64,000 bases of DNA from NCBI RefSeq assembly GCF_009914755.1, contig NC_060926.1, one strand, 5' to 3'. A program made the translations under genes and the position numbers. A model generated the notes under the pieces. That model did not search any database and was not told where the DNA came from. It saw only the letters and a program-made list of their open reading frames with translations. Source of the stretch: the human T2T-CHM13v2.0 reference genome, Homo sapiens. Below are positions 25,492-38,319 of the stretch, piece by piece; within the stretch, counting starts at the first letter, position 1; the number at the start of each line of letters is the position of its first letter.

Positions 25492-25924
25492 CGTATTAGT
25501 TGTTTTCACATTGCTACACAGAAATACCTGAGACTGGGTAATTTATAAAGAAAAGAGGTTTAACTGGCTCACAGTTCTGCAGGCTGTACAGGAAGCATGA
25601 TGTTGGCCATCTGCCCAGCTTCTGGGGAGGCCTCAGCAAACTTACAACCATGGCTGAAGGTGAAAGGGAGGCAGGCATGTCTTACATGGACAGAGAAAAA
25701 GTAAGAGAGAAAGTGAAGGAGGTGTTACCCATTTTTAAAACATCCAGATCTCCTGAGAAGTTACTCACTCACTATCATGGGAGCAGCACAGAGGGGATGG
25801 GGCTAAACCATTCATGAGAGCCCTGCCCTCATGATCTAATCACCTCTCACCAGTCCCCACCTCCAACACTGGAGATTACAATTAGACATGAGATTTGGTG
25901 GGGACACAGATTCAAATCGTATTA
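25492..25924 (-). mobile_element. MSTA/MSTB (MaLR) solo LTR
   Basis: AAATACCTGAGACTGGGTAATTTATAAAGAAAAGAGGTTTAA...GAGATTTGGTGGGGACACAG; 5-bp TSD CCCAG on both sides. Confidence 0.93.
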
Positions 25925-26269
25925 CCCAGCTACCAAGTTTAAAAAGTGATTATAGTTATTTTCACCCACAAATTTTTTTCTTTTCTTTCTGTCTCTTTTT
26001 TCTTTCTCTCTGATTTGCAGACTCTCAGCATGTTTCTTCTTTTTCTTATAAGTCCAAATCTTCTGATATTTTTTTGTAGGTCAGTTGATCTCATTCTTTG
26101 GCTGGCCAGGTAAACCCAAGAAATTGCTGACTGCATCTATTGTTGGCACCTTTGACAAAATGAGTCTGCCCCTTTAGGGGACTCAAACTCACCACTTTCA
26201 AAGCTCACAGTCTCCAAAATCACCGCCAATGAAGTAATGACACCTATATGGGAGCCTTTGAGCAGAGGC

Positions 26270-26460
26270 TTAGAGCATTTAACAGGCATATCCTAGTCAT
26301 CTATTCAGCTACACAAACAGGTAAGTAGGGGTCACTTATGACTATACCCATTTATAGCCTGGAAATTAAGGCTTGATGTGACTTGTTCAAGTCATCAACT
26401 GAGTTACAGCCACAGCCAATAACTTAAAATACAGGTGTCATGACTCATAGTTTAGGACCA
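26270..26460 (-). mobile_element. MIR SINE (degenerate)
   Basis: CCCATTTATAG..GGAAATTAAGGCTT..GTGACTTGTTCAAGTCA. Confidence 0.5.
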
Positions 26461-26989
26461 ATTCTTGAATTATTTGGACAATCAATCTTCTTCTTTTCCT
26501 TTGCAAATACTTTCTTTGCTTTTCAGAAAATATTAGCAAGCAAGTGGGAAGGTTTGATTCAGACATAGGCCAGGTTTCTTTCGTATTATCCACTCTGTCT
26601 CTATCTCTCTTTCTTTCTCTCTTATTTGAAAAGTTTCAACAAGTGACTTCTGTTTCAAGTCCAGATCCACTGATACTTTTTCATAGGTCAGTTGATCCTA
26701 ATCTTTGGCAGCTGAAAAATACAATTTCAGTAATAACACAGTGTTAAAATTATCATCAAACAGAATGGTTGACTCTGTAGAGTTTCTTCGTAAGTTATGC
26801 TAATATTATATTAATATTTTATGTTTAAATGCTCATTACTACATGCGACAGCCACATAAATGGCTATATTCATGGTTTGCAGCCTATTGTGTTTGCCTTT
26901 TAACCCTGTAACTACTTGAGAAATGCCTTAGAATAGTGATACTTGGAGGAAACTTGCTATCTTTAGAATTCATATTTATTATATCTTCT

Positions 26990-27355
26990 TTATTATCCCC
27001 CCTTCAGCCACTGCCCAGATCAACCCCTTATCAGTTTTCAGCACAGTTATTTCAACAGGTTTCTGGCTGATCTCCCTGCCTTCATATCTAGCCTATCTAA
27101 TTCGCTGTCCATCCTGCAGCCCAAGTGACCTTTCCAAAAGACAACTATGATCACGGAATCCCTTTATTGAAACTCTTCAGTGGCTCCCCATTACACTAGA
27201 CCAGAGTCTTACATTCTCTGCAGAACTCATATGGCCAAATTATAATCTGCTTTTACTTGTTCTTTCTGCTGCATTTCTCTCTGCTCTTTAACTTGAGATA
27301 TTTTATCACTTCTATCTGCTTTTATACCTGCTATTTCCTCTTCCTAGAATGTATC
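26990..27355 (+). mobile_element. L2 LINE fragment
   Basis: TCCATCCTGCAGCCCAAGTGACCTTTCCAAAA..TGATCA..AAACTCTTCAGTGGCTCCCCATT..CCTCTTCCTAGAATG. Confidence 0.8.
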
Positions 27356-28294
27356 TCACAGTGTTTTAATTCTGCCTATTACTTCCTGGGCTCCTGAAAA
27401 TTATAAATTATATATACACGCAAAAACACACAATGTTTGTGTTCTCAATGTTTGACATCTAAATATCTAATATAAACTTAATTTAAACTTAATATTGACA
27501 TCTAATCCAAACTTAATTCATATCCGCTGAGTTGATCTGAATTACACCGATCCTGAATCTTCAAGATCCAGAGATTAGAAAAATTGCCCTTTCAAATTAT
27601 TTCTGGAAAAGTACAATCAAGCCCAGAAGGGCAATGTAATAACTTTTTCATAAATAGAGCTGTTTGGCTGCTTTTGTGTGTGTATGAATAAAGCAAAACT
27701 CCACACTGTTGTGTGATCTTAAAATAAAATCCACATTAGTGATTATTAATCAAATCCAACAAATAGTTCTTGGCTTCTGATGTTGAAACACTTCCTTTTC
27801 TCACATGCCAACACCTCTACATTTTCTTTGTTTTAATTATACTAAGCGTCCTTTTGTTCTTCCTGGGACATTTGCCTGGAGGCTGGGGCAAGCTCTAAAT
27901 AATAGTCATCATCATTATAAAAAATAGTATTTACACAGTCTATTTTTAGAGCAGAAGACAAACCTACAGGCAAGCCCACTATGACCCTGCCAGAGCTGCA
28001 GTAGTTTCTTGAAGACAGTCTTGGGCTCTTGAATATTTCACCTGTCTCATTAGTGTCACTCATGTAGGATGGCAGCTGCTTCCTCTGATAAACTCCATCA
28101 AACTGCTTCCCATCTGTTAGTGGGAGAGAAAATGGAAAATTTTAGAAAATCTGGTGTTTTTTATGTTTATATATATAAATGCTGTTAATTTTCTGATTTC
28201 TATGTTTCATCTATACGGTGAATCCACTTAATGTGGGTTTTCTTCTAGAAAGGAAAAAGGAATATTAACTTTTACTATACATAGTTAATCATTT

Positions 28295-28470
28295 CCAGCT
28301 CTTAGAATCTCAGAGGAGAAGGGGCTTTAGACATAATCTAAACCTATTTATTCATTTGACAGACAGAGAAACTGAGGCCCAGAGAGGGAAGATGATTTCC
28401 CAAAGTCATAAGGCAAGTAAGTGGCAGAGCTGGGATTCAAAACCACAGCAATCATGTGCTGCATCCAGGC
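28295..28470 (-). mobile_element. MIR/MIR3 SINE
   Basis: GAGAAACTGAGGCCCAGAGAGGGAAG..CCCAAAGTCA..AAGTGGCAGAGCTGGGATTCAA. Confidence 0.85.
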
Positions 28471-28719
28471 TGGTGTTTTTGGGTCTCCCTGATACTGAAC
28501 ATTCACCCCACCTTCTGATATGAACACCAAAGTTTGCAGTGTGTTGCCTATCTAGGATGCTCGTCTTCTGTTTGAAAATTATCAAGTTCCTCCACAATTT
28601 CTCATGGATTCCATTGGCTTCCATTAAGTCTTGTCTCCAAGAAGGATGAGTGTATATGGTGTAAGGCCCTGGCCAAATATGTGGACAAGAATCAGAAACT
28701 GCCCTTCTAAACAGGCAGA

Positions 28720-28935
28720 GTGATCTAATGGGAAGAGCTCGTAGTCTTCAGCCCTGGGTGGTGGGAACAGCTCTACTTTGAATTCCTTGTATGATTTTGA
28801 GTGGGTCAGCAAACTTCTCTTGTCTCAATATCTTTATTTGTTCACTCTGGATAATAAATGCCTGCCCTGTCAACCTCATAAGAATGTTGAAAAAATCATA
28901 TAAAGTGACAGAAGTGAAAGGACTGCGAAAAGCAA
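28720..28935 (+). mobile_element. MIR SINE (degenerate)
   Basis: CAGCTCTACTT..AAACTTCTCTTGTCTCAAT..GGATAATAA..ACCTCATAAGAATGTTG. Confidence 0.55.
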
Positions 28936-29599
28936 AACAAAAAATCATTATTACACCTAGCAGAAGAAACACAGCAGAATATGTTGGTTTTGTTTATTGC
29001 CAAAGTGACACGCGTACTAATTTGATGCTCATTTCCTGCAGGTGGTCAAGGGTTTTTTTTTGTTTTGTTTTGTTTTGCTTTTATTTTTTTCCAACCAAGT
29101 GTCACTGATGTTTGGAATACATTTTATGTTTTTACATATTTAGGTTGAGTAGAATTGACCCAGAGGGAAAAAGGGAGAAAGTTAGAAATAACAACAAATG
29201 TACCCAGATGTGAGTTTACTCAGGACATTATGAATACTTCAGTTTGACTGAAGTAATGGGAGATTTAGAGAGTGGCCATTATAGATAAATTTTCTAACTT
29301 TCTAAGGAGATTCTACTAGTTATTGAAGGTGATGGGGGAGTGTGTCAGTAACTAAAGTGTGATTTCAGCATGCATCTATTTCTTTTTTATTTTTTGTCTT
29401 GATCCAAGCACTGATAATCTAATTCACACTAAGGAGTAATGACTGAGAGGTGCTTACCTCATTCTAAGGGATACATTGACAAACATTAATGTAACAAACA
29501 TCTATGTTCTTGTCACCCAGAATATTAACATTTTGTTATTTGTGCTTCAATGTTTCCTCTTAGGTAATAAGATTAATGTTCAACTGAAAATTGAAAATC

Positions 29600-29800
29600 A
29601 GTGCCAAGTCATTTCGGGCTCTTCTCTTTTTAGGGGCATCGAGAGGACTACATTTCCCTGCCACCTTTGCAGGGTCATGTGATCAGTTCTGACCATTGGT
29701 TTGTGGGCAGTCGTAAGTCACTGTTGGGTTGGAAGCCTTAATTGGCAATGTGGGCAATGTGAGCAATGTGAGATGCTTCAACAACTTGTACCCCTCCTGT
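29600..29800 (+). mobile_element. MLT1H/I-like MaLR LTR 5' fragment
   Basis: GGACTACATTTCCCTGCCACCTTTGCAGGGTCATGTGATCAGTTCTGACCA..TGTGGGCAG. Confidence 0.6.
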
Positions 29801-30923
29801 AGCATGTTGGAGTTGTTATAACCATACTTAACCCAACTGACACATCTTCCAGCCCCATTGCCATTCTTCTCCTTATGGACACAACAACTATCATAAATTT
29901 CTTGGGAATCTTTCCATTCACACTATCTGCACATTCCTTAAACAGCTATATACACTTAATATATTGCATGGTTTTAAAGTTGATGTAAATGCTATCATAT
30001 AATATTATGGTTCTTTTGTTTCTTCAACTCAATAGTTTGGGTTTTTAGAATGTTCCTTCATGATTACTACATGATTCTGTAGACTATGTACATATTCAGT
30101 TTTACCAGATATTGACAAATTCCTCTTTAAAATGGTTCTACCATTTTATTGCTCACAGTAACAATGCATCAGCTTATTGATGTCTCCACGTATTTTCCAA
30201 TATTTCTGTTGTCAAATTTTCTGGTATTTTTTATTTGTGAGATGTAATTTTATTGTTTTCATTGACATTTTCTTAATTACTAATGAAAGACTGAAAACTG
30301 AGCATCTTTTCATATGTTTACTGATTTTTCAGTTTTTCTTTTCTGAAAAATATTTAAACCTATCCTTTGTAATTATGGCTATTGTATCTTTTATAATTTA
30401 TAATTGAATAGTTTATTATTGTTTATGAAAGTCAGATATTATTTTCTGAATATTAATTAATCACTTACTATATGTGTTGCTAATTTATCTAATCTGTGGC
30501 TTTCTTTTTCACTTTGTGGCATCTTTTATCATATAGAAGGGCTTAATTTTGTTAAAGCCAATTTAAATCATTTTATAATTTCGGGTTTTTTTGTTTGTTT
30601 CTTCTTTAAGGAAGCTTTTTCTCACCAAAAGTCAAAAACATATTTTTTCAATGTTTACATCTAATGTTAAAGTTTATTTTTCACTTTGATACGTATAAAA
30701 TATATTTGGGAAAATAGTATAAGAAAGGGATCTAATTATTTTCTTTTAGAAAAAGCCATTTGTGCCAACACCATCTTTTCCATTTTGTTTTCTAATACCT
30801 CTTCTAATGTAAACCAAGTTCACATCTATCCCTGTTTGCATACTACGTTGTTCTGATTAATCTATTTTTATAATACATCTTCATCTCTGATATTTAATGT
30901 GTCAACTTTTTTTTCCTGATTTT

Positions 30924-30958
30924 TATACTTAATCTTAGCCAAAAGGCTGAGAAGCGAT
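30924..30958 (-). pseudogene. 3'-truncated U2 snRNA retropseudogene (nt 1-35)
   Basis: Minus strand ATCGCTTCTCAGCCTTTTGGCTAAGATTAAGTATA, 32/35 to the U2 5' end; direct repeat TTTTTCCTGATTTTTATAC at 30910-30928 and 30959-30977. Confidence 0.93.
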
Positions 30959-31024
30959 TTTTTCCTGATTTTTATACAAATTTATTGGCTTTCTTTGGCA
31001 TTTTCTCTTTGATATGGACTTTGA

Positions 31025-31120
31025 TGTATATATATATATATATATTCTAAAGTCTGAATATATAATATATATATATTCACATGCAGTCATACATATATAT
31101 TAATGTGTGTGTATATATAG
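31025..31120. repeat. (TA)-rich simple repeat
   Basis: Visible TA runs. Confidence 0.8.
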
Positions 31121-31516
31121 ACACTTCACATGAATACATACTGGCTTTTTGATGAGAATGTTTTAGTATTTTTGCAATTAACATAGGGTGAACCAACCTA
31201 GTTATGATATCTTATAGTTCCTTCTATGAACATAGTATTAATATATATTCTCATTTATTGTTTTTCTTTTAAATAATAATTTTTAGTAATTTTGTTTGTA
31301 ACAGTATTGCTTATAATCTTTAGATTTATTTTAGGTACTCTGTAATTTTTATTGCTATTGTGAATGGATCATTTTGATATTGTGAATAAGAGAGTTTTAA
31401 TTAGTTATTGCCAACATGTAAGAAGTTATTGATTTATATATTGTGATTTTATTTGCAGCAATCCTGATGAAATCTTTTATTGATTTTCAATATTTGTCTT
31501 TTTATTCTGTATAAAT

Positions 31517-31739
31517 CAGAAGTTTGCAAATTATGACATTTGGATCAAATGTAGCCCACAACCTGTTTTTATAAATAAAGTTATATTGGAGCATAGCTAA
31601 ATTAATTCACTTGTGTATGATCTATGGCTGTTTTTATGCTTCAGTGGCAGAGCTGAGTAGTTGTGATAGAGAATGTATGTCCTAAAAAGTCAAACATATT
31701 TACTTCTGGTTTTTCACAGATACAGTTTTTCAACCCTTG
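31517..31739 (+). mobile_element. MER58A (hAT-Charlie MITE)
   Basis: CCTGTTTTTATAAATAAAGTTATATTGGA..GTGGCAGAGCTGAGTAGTTGTGATAGAG..AACCCTTG; ~220 bp with CAG...TG termini. Confidence 0.85.
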
Positions 31740-32555
31740 ATATAGACCGTCACATTAATTACAGTTAAGTGTAGCTGTTACTTTGTCTTTCAAATTCTTA
31801 TTCCTCTTAATTTATTTTTCTTATCTTATTACACAGGCTTAGATCTTCAGTACAGTGTTGAACAATGGTGCATATATCAATCACCCTTGCCTCATTTCTG
31901 AGTTTACTCAGAATATCTTTAGAATTTTACCTTTAGTTGTGGTAGTTCAATAAGTTTTTGGTAGCCACTCTTTATAAAATTAAGAACATCTTCTTTTATT
32001 TTGCGTTTTCTAAGGGTCCTTATCACAGATGATGGCAAATTTTATCTAACATTTTCTCTATATTTCCTATGGCTTTTCTCCTTTAATTTGTTTAATGTGA
32101 TAAAATATACTGGTAGCATTTCTGCTGCTGAATTATTCTTGAAATCCTAAGAGAAACCCTAATTGAAGCTACTGATTTGAATTACTTTTACTTTTATTTA
32201 AGTTTTTGCAATCTCCAGGATTATTTATTGTTTCTCTTAATTGTTCTTCTGTGTCATCCATTTTCTTATATGGTTTATAATTTTGGCTATGAGGATATTT
32301 TCTATTAGAAACCCATGTGATTTGCTTTGGGTGACAGTTTCTCATTTGCATCACTGATGCTTTATGAGCTTAAGTGTACTGGACTAATCTTTATGTTAAT
32401 TTATTTCTTTGGTGTCCTGGAAAACTCAACTAGCTTAGATTTGGAACCCTTCCTGTGTTTTGATTTTTTGCAGGTGTGTTTATTTTTATTCCCTGACCTA
32501 GGTGGATAAGAAGCTTCATTACAGCTTTCTTGGGTTAGATGGACAGTGATTTTCT

Positions 32556-32864
<309 letters not shown>

Positions 32865-34559
32865 TGGTGGGCAGTGATTTTTTTACAAACAACAATACCA
32901 GTGGCTGCAGAATCAATTCAGATCACTCAGTTTCAGCTGCCCACACACATGGGGCTCCTGGCTGAATTCCCCTCTCTGGGTGGCATTAATCCTTAGTGCC
33001 AGCTGTTAAGGCCTGTACCAGGTTCCAATTTCCCTGTAACACTTTTCAGTTTTAAATCTCACTTACCATTTTGAGATCCCCTCTAATTTTTTTCTCAATG
33101 TGGAATTTTCCTTTCTTGGTCTCAAATTAGGCTATGGATTTACAATTCCTAGCTGATTACTTTTTCCATTTTTAAGACGGCATGTCTACAGTGTTTTGAG
33201 TAAGGGGAGTGTTTTCCACATCAGCTCAGTTTGAATTACTTTTCAGAGGACATAAGGACGTATATATTCTGAAAGGAACACACAAAACCTTAGTAGAAAG
33301 GAAGATTCTTCTGCAGGCAGGCCAGACACTTTGTAGGTAAGTGCACAGGAAACACGGGGGTGAAGCTGGCTTATTTTTGACTCTCAAATAATTCCACATA
33401 TTTAGCAAAGTGCCAACCCTTCCTGGTTACACAACTAACCCTTCCACTGCATCTTCTCTCCTTTCACTTCTGAAGTCACTAAAGGCTGTGACAAACTCTC
33501 CAGGATCAGCCCAGCTAATGCCTGCTTTGAGTGGTGCCCAGTTTGATTCCTAGGTACTGCCTCAGCCGGTAGTGTGTGCTTTGTGAAGTTCTCTGTCCAT
33601 CCCTACAGGAAAACAGGATGTCTCCTCTTTGAGCTGTGGCTACAATTATTGTCCCAAATGTTCATGTCTTTAGAATTGATGTCCTCTTTTTCTCAATCTA
33701 GGTCAGTGCTTGGGCTTAATGACTTTAGCTAGAATATGCGATTGAAGTTAAAGACAGCTAAAGCTGTAAAAGACTGTTTTTCTGTCTCAAAATTTATAAA
33801 CTTGAAAAAAGTTATCACTCTACTTTGACAACTTCAGGCTTTTAAGGATTTGGATTCCTTAGTCCACATTTAAAAAATTCGTTTAAGAAAATTATTCATA
33901 TCCTGAGGTTACTAAGTGATGAAAATAACACTATATGAGTTCATTAGTCTCTAATATGATTTTTCCTCTCGTTTTATTACCCAATAAAGGAAGTTTTTTC
34001 AAATGATGTATTTGGGAGGCAGAAGAGAAGGAGTTATGATTGGTTTCTTCATGGCTATTATCAACCATAAGAGAAAAATTCAGCTAGTTTGCAATTTTCA
34101 AAGAAGTAGAGAGATTACTTTGTTAATGTCTATTCAGTTCATTTTCTATTTGAGGAATTGAAAATTTGAGTGTGGTTGCAGAGAAATGACTGAAGAAAGC
34201 TTAAATTGCAATATAGTGGCATTGCTTCATCTGCAGAGTTTCTTTGAAGTTGCTTGTAGTGAACGTGGGAATGTGAGTAGGAACAGTAGCCTTGCTTCCT
34301 GCAGTTGCACACTTATCCTAAATGAAGGCTTTTGGTAAAAATCACTATTATCATCAAAAAAGCATTTATGGTCTGTACATAGTTCTTTACAAAGGCTTAA
34401 AAAAGGCTCAATTAGAGATTATGCATGAATTTGTTGATGTTATTTAAGATAGACAAGAGTGATCATGTTAATCAGAGGACATACAGACACCTGAATAGGC
34501 AAGTAATTCACGAAAGAATTGTTGTATTAAAATTCTATAGGCCAAGGGGACATATTTGG

Positions 34560-34680
34560 GAAAAAAATCAGCACTGGAATGGGAGTCAGGAGACCTGGGT
34601 TTCAGTCCTGCTTTGATAGCACTCAGCCGAAGGAACTTGGGACTCAGCAACCTCCATGGGCTTCACTTTCCTCATACGAC
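34560..34680 (+). mobile_element. MIR3/MIRc SINE
   Basis: AGCACTGGAATGGGAGTCAGGAGACCTGGGTTTCAGTCCTG..CTTCACTTTCCTCAT. Confidence 0.8.
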
Positions 34681-35234
34681 GTTAGACACAATTAGGAAGT
34701 CAGAAGGCAGTCGCTGAAGAAAAATTCCAGTGTGGTTTCTTTACATATGGGCAATAAAACAAACATGAGTCCCTGCCTTCCAGAAGCTCTGTTTGAGAAA
34801 AACAAGCCCATGGAAATGGTAGAAAGACTTCTGGTCAACTTTGCTAAACTGCTGCAGAATTAAGCAGAAGTTGAAGACAGGTTATCAGATATGGCTTCCA
34901 AAGGGAGGTACAGAAAAATGTATCTAGAAAGAAAGGCTGAATATGAACCGTAGAAAAAGTAATCCAGGTTGGATGATGGCATGTATAAAAGCCTGGGAGG
35001 CACTGACCCTGAGGAAGAGAAGTTTCCAGAAACCCATGAGAGTAGTTGTGCAAAGTCCCCTGTGGCCCCAGAGGACAGCAATAAGACTAGAGGTGGACAC
35101 TACGGGGGGCCAGAGCCCAGCTAGACCCAAGGGAGACTGCACATGGCGTGCTCTTTGACTGGAAGGCAGTGTAGCTTTTTAAACCCTGAACTTGCCCTGA
35201 CATGTCTTTGTAGCTTTCTGGCCCTGTTTTATTC

Positions 35235-35994
35235 TTTTTTTTTTTTTTTTTAATTATTATTATACTTCAAGTTTTAGGGTACATGTGCACCATGTGCAGG
35301 TTTGTTACATATGTATACGTGTGCCATATTGGTGTGCTGCACCCATTAACTAGTCATTTAGCATTAGGTATATCTCCTAATGCAATCTCTCCCCCCTCCC
35401 CCCACCCCACAACAGCCCCCAGTGTGTGATGTTCCCCTTCCTGTGTCCATGTGTTCTCGTTATTCATTTCCCACCTATGACTGAGAACATGTGGTGTTTG
35501 ATTTTTTGTCCTTGCGATAGTTTGCTGAGAATGATGGTTTCCAGCTTCATCCATGTCCCTACAAAGAACATGAACTCATCATTTTTTATGGCTGCATAGT
35601 ATTCCATGGTGTATATGTGCCACATTTTCTTAATCCAGTCTATCATTGTTGGACATTTGGGTTGGTTCCAAGTCTTTGCTATTGTGAGTAGTACTGCAAT
35701 AAACATACGTGTGCATGTGTCTTTATAGCAGCATGATTTATAATCCTTTGGGTATATACCCAGTAATGGGATGGCTGGGTCAAATGGTATTTCTAGTTCT
35801 AGATCCCTGAGGAATCACCACACTGACTTCCACAATGATTGAACTTGTTTACAGTCCCACAAACAGTGTGAAAGTGTTCCTATTTCTCCACATCCTCTCC
35901 AGCACCTGTTGTTTCCTGACTTTTTAATGATCGCTATTCTAACTGGTGTGAGATGGTATCTCATTGTGGTTTTGATTTGCATTTCTTTGATGGA
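35235..35994 (-). mobile_element. 5'-truncated L1PA (PA3-PA5-like), ORF2 C-terminus and 3' UTR
   Basis: Poly-T tail, ORF2 peptides (KTWNQPKCPTMIDWIKKMWHIYTMEYY), TSD CTGGCCCTGTTT(T/C)ATTC at 35218-35234 and 35995-36011. Confidence 0.96.
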
Positions 35995-38319
35995 CTGGCC
36001 CTGTTTCATTCTTGCACCATGATAGATTTGTATTCCGAGAACTTTACAAGGCCCTTTTTGGTTTTCTCTGATTTTGAGGAAAACTTTCTGTTAGAGCTAC
36101 ACAAATTGCTACACAATAGAGCTACAAAATAGAGCTACACAAATTTTGTTAGTGCCACACACTAACTACACAAATAGTGTGGCAGGGTGTCTGCTGTCAC
36201 TGGACACACTCAAGCAGGGTTTCTTGGCAGCCTTGCAATGCTGTAGAAGGAGATAATTTCTACGCTGGGTCAGCTCCTTTCATGTCAAGGTTCTGTGGTT
36301 TTTTTAGTAAGCGGCAGAAAGAGTGGGCAGGTTGAGGAGGGCTGGCACAGAAAGGATCATCTTGAATGCAGGTCTGGAAATACACTGTTGGCAGCAGCAC
36401 AAGGATCCAAGAAGTCAAAGGTATTGGGGAGAAAGCTGCAGCTGCCTGAGCTAGTAAGGATGAGGGAAGGCGGATCCTGGTGAGTCTAGGGTGGAAGAGC
36501 AGAGCCAACTGGCTGAGAACTCACTTATACAGGGAAAAGGAGAGGATGACGGGGCCATTCTGGGAATGGGAGGAGAGATTCATGTGGGCGAACACAACAC
36601 AAGGAAGATGAACACTTCTGTCTTTGCCAAGTTCACTGGGCGGCTGGATGGAACTTCTGGTTTATGATTCAATTTCACACATCTTTGCAGAAGCTGTAAA
36701 AGCTGTTCAGGGCATCACTGTGAGAGCAAAGACAAAACCCGCCCAGTCCTGACACACAGTGCTCAGTCTTAGAAGGGGAGATGGCCCATATACTCCGAGC
36801 CAGAACACAAGGCAGTCGGGGACCAGGCCCCAAGATCCCAAAGCAGTCACCCAGTCCAAGCCCGTACAGAAGGGAAAAGCAGGATATTTTGATGCGGCCA
36901 ACTTGGTACAGTCCTTAGACCTGGAAGCCCCAAATTCAGCACCTTGATTCTGATGCCAACCCTCAAAGTTTCCCTACAGGCTCAGTTTGTTCTGCCACTA
37001 CTTGGTAAGGAAAACAACTTAAATTTTAATGGTTTTCAAAATAGCTGTTGAAGCAACCAATTAATATTCTCCAAAATCTCAAGAATTGCTTTGTAATCCT
37101 CATGACAAAATACTACAGACCAGTAAAGAAATGAACATAGTTCTATGGGGGCACAGAAGAGAGACAGGATTGGGAGTGGAAGGGTTTAAGCAGAGTGAGC
37201 ATGCACAGTATTAGCTCATGTAGACTTGTTTTGATAATAATTCAGAAGAAGTGTCATGGAAACAGAGCACTGAGCTAAGAGTCTGCAGTACCACCAGCAG
37301 CATCCGTGCTATTGCTGGTTGATCCTGATATGTGAATATAAATATATCCCACTCCACTGGGCACACTCATTGGCACAGGGGACTTCTGAAGAAACCCCCT
37401 TCTCCCTGATTCTCCTAGCACAGGGCCAGGCACTCAGCAGAAAACAACCAATGGGGGTTTCTTGAGTCATTTTAATAATGAAACTGGCTTTATTACGAGA
37501 TTTCTTCTCCCCTTCACAGGCACCTGTTGCTGAGATCCCAGCCCATGCTGGCCTGAAGCTTGATACCTGGAAAGAGAGAAAGCTGAGAAGCAAACAAGAC
37601 CAGAGGCCACTGCTAGGATTCGCAAAAATGGCCCAGCCAGGCTGCTTCCTCAACTCCTAGCAGTGCCTCTTCCACACAAAGGCCATTTTTGTGTCACTTG
37701 TAGAGAGCCCCTTCTCTTTGTATCTGCTCCCTAGTTCTTATCTGATCCCATGCCTTTGGCAGACGGGTGATCCAGTTTCTCTTCATCTCCACTTTCAGCT
37801 CTTATTCTTTGTGTCCACTGAGGCTCAGCCCTGGATACCCAGAGTCCATGAACTTAGAACAAAGAGAGGAAGAAAACGAGCTTCAGAGAAGCATTGAGAC
37901 AGGTGGGAGCAGGAGGAGGCCCCTGCCACAAGCATGAGAACAATTTTCTAATTAGGAAGCTGTAGCTCATTTTCAGAGAGACTCTGAATTTGGAAGAAAT
38001 GATCCTTGGAAAGGGATTGGGTAGATTAAAGGAATAAATGAAAAATAATATTTGAAGGTAGGTCAGGATAGATCATAGAGTCAGTTAGATATCAGGTTAA
38101 ATCAATTCTTGGGATTGTATTCCAGTTTTCTTCTCTTCCTATTCATCTTTCTCCTCACTACAATGGATTGGAAGGCTACGCAGAGGAAGGCAAAAAGCCA
38201 ACTCTCACAACAACTTGGATTTGCAGAGAAAATGGTAGTTGTTTTTAAAAATTTGTGTATAATCAAATGGCCTTCTCAAAAATCTCTCTATGCTGGTTAG
38301 CCAGAATGCAATAAAACAT

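Larger units (their letters stand above)
29470..32200 (-). mobile_element. Old L1 (L1ME/L1M5-like) 3' UTR and ORF2 remnants, multiply interrupted
   Basis: T-rich strand with L1 hallmarks (TGAGCATCTTTTCATATGTTTA, TTGCTATTGTGAATGG, CAGTACAGTGTTGAA, CCTTGCCTCATTTCTGA). Confidence 0.75.

Noticed and set aside
29743-29772. GCAATGTG(G/A) x3
   Set aside because: Trivial 9-bp slippage inside a decayed LTR.
35354-36009. ORFs resembling a real protein
   Set aside because: Fragments of L1 ORF2 and 3' UTR in a truncated L1PA; the same applies to 49071-49488 and 51360-51629.
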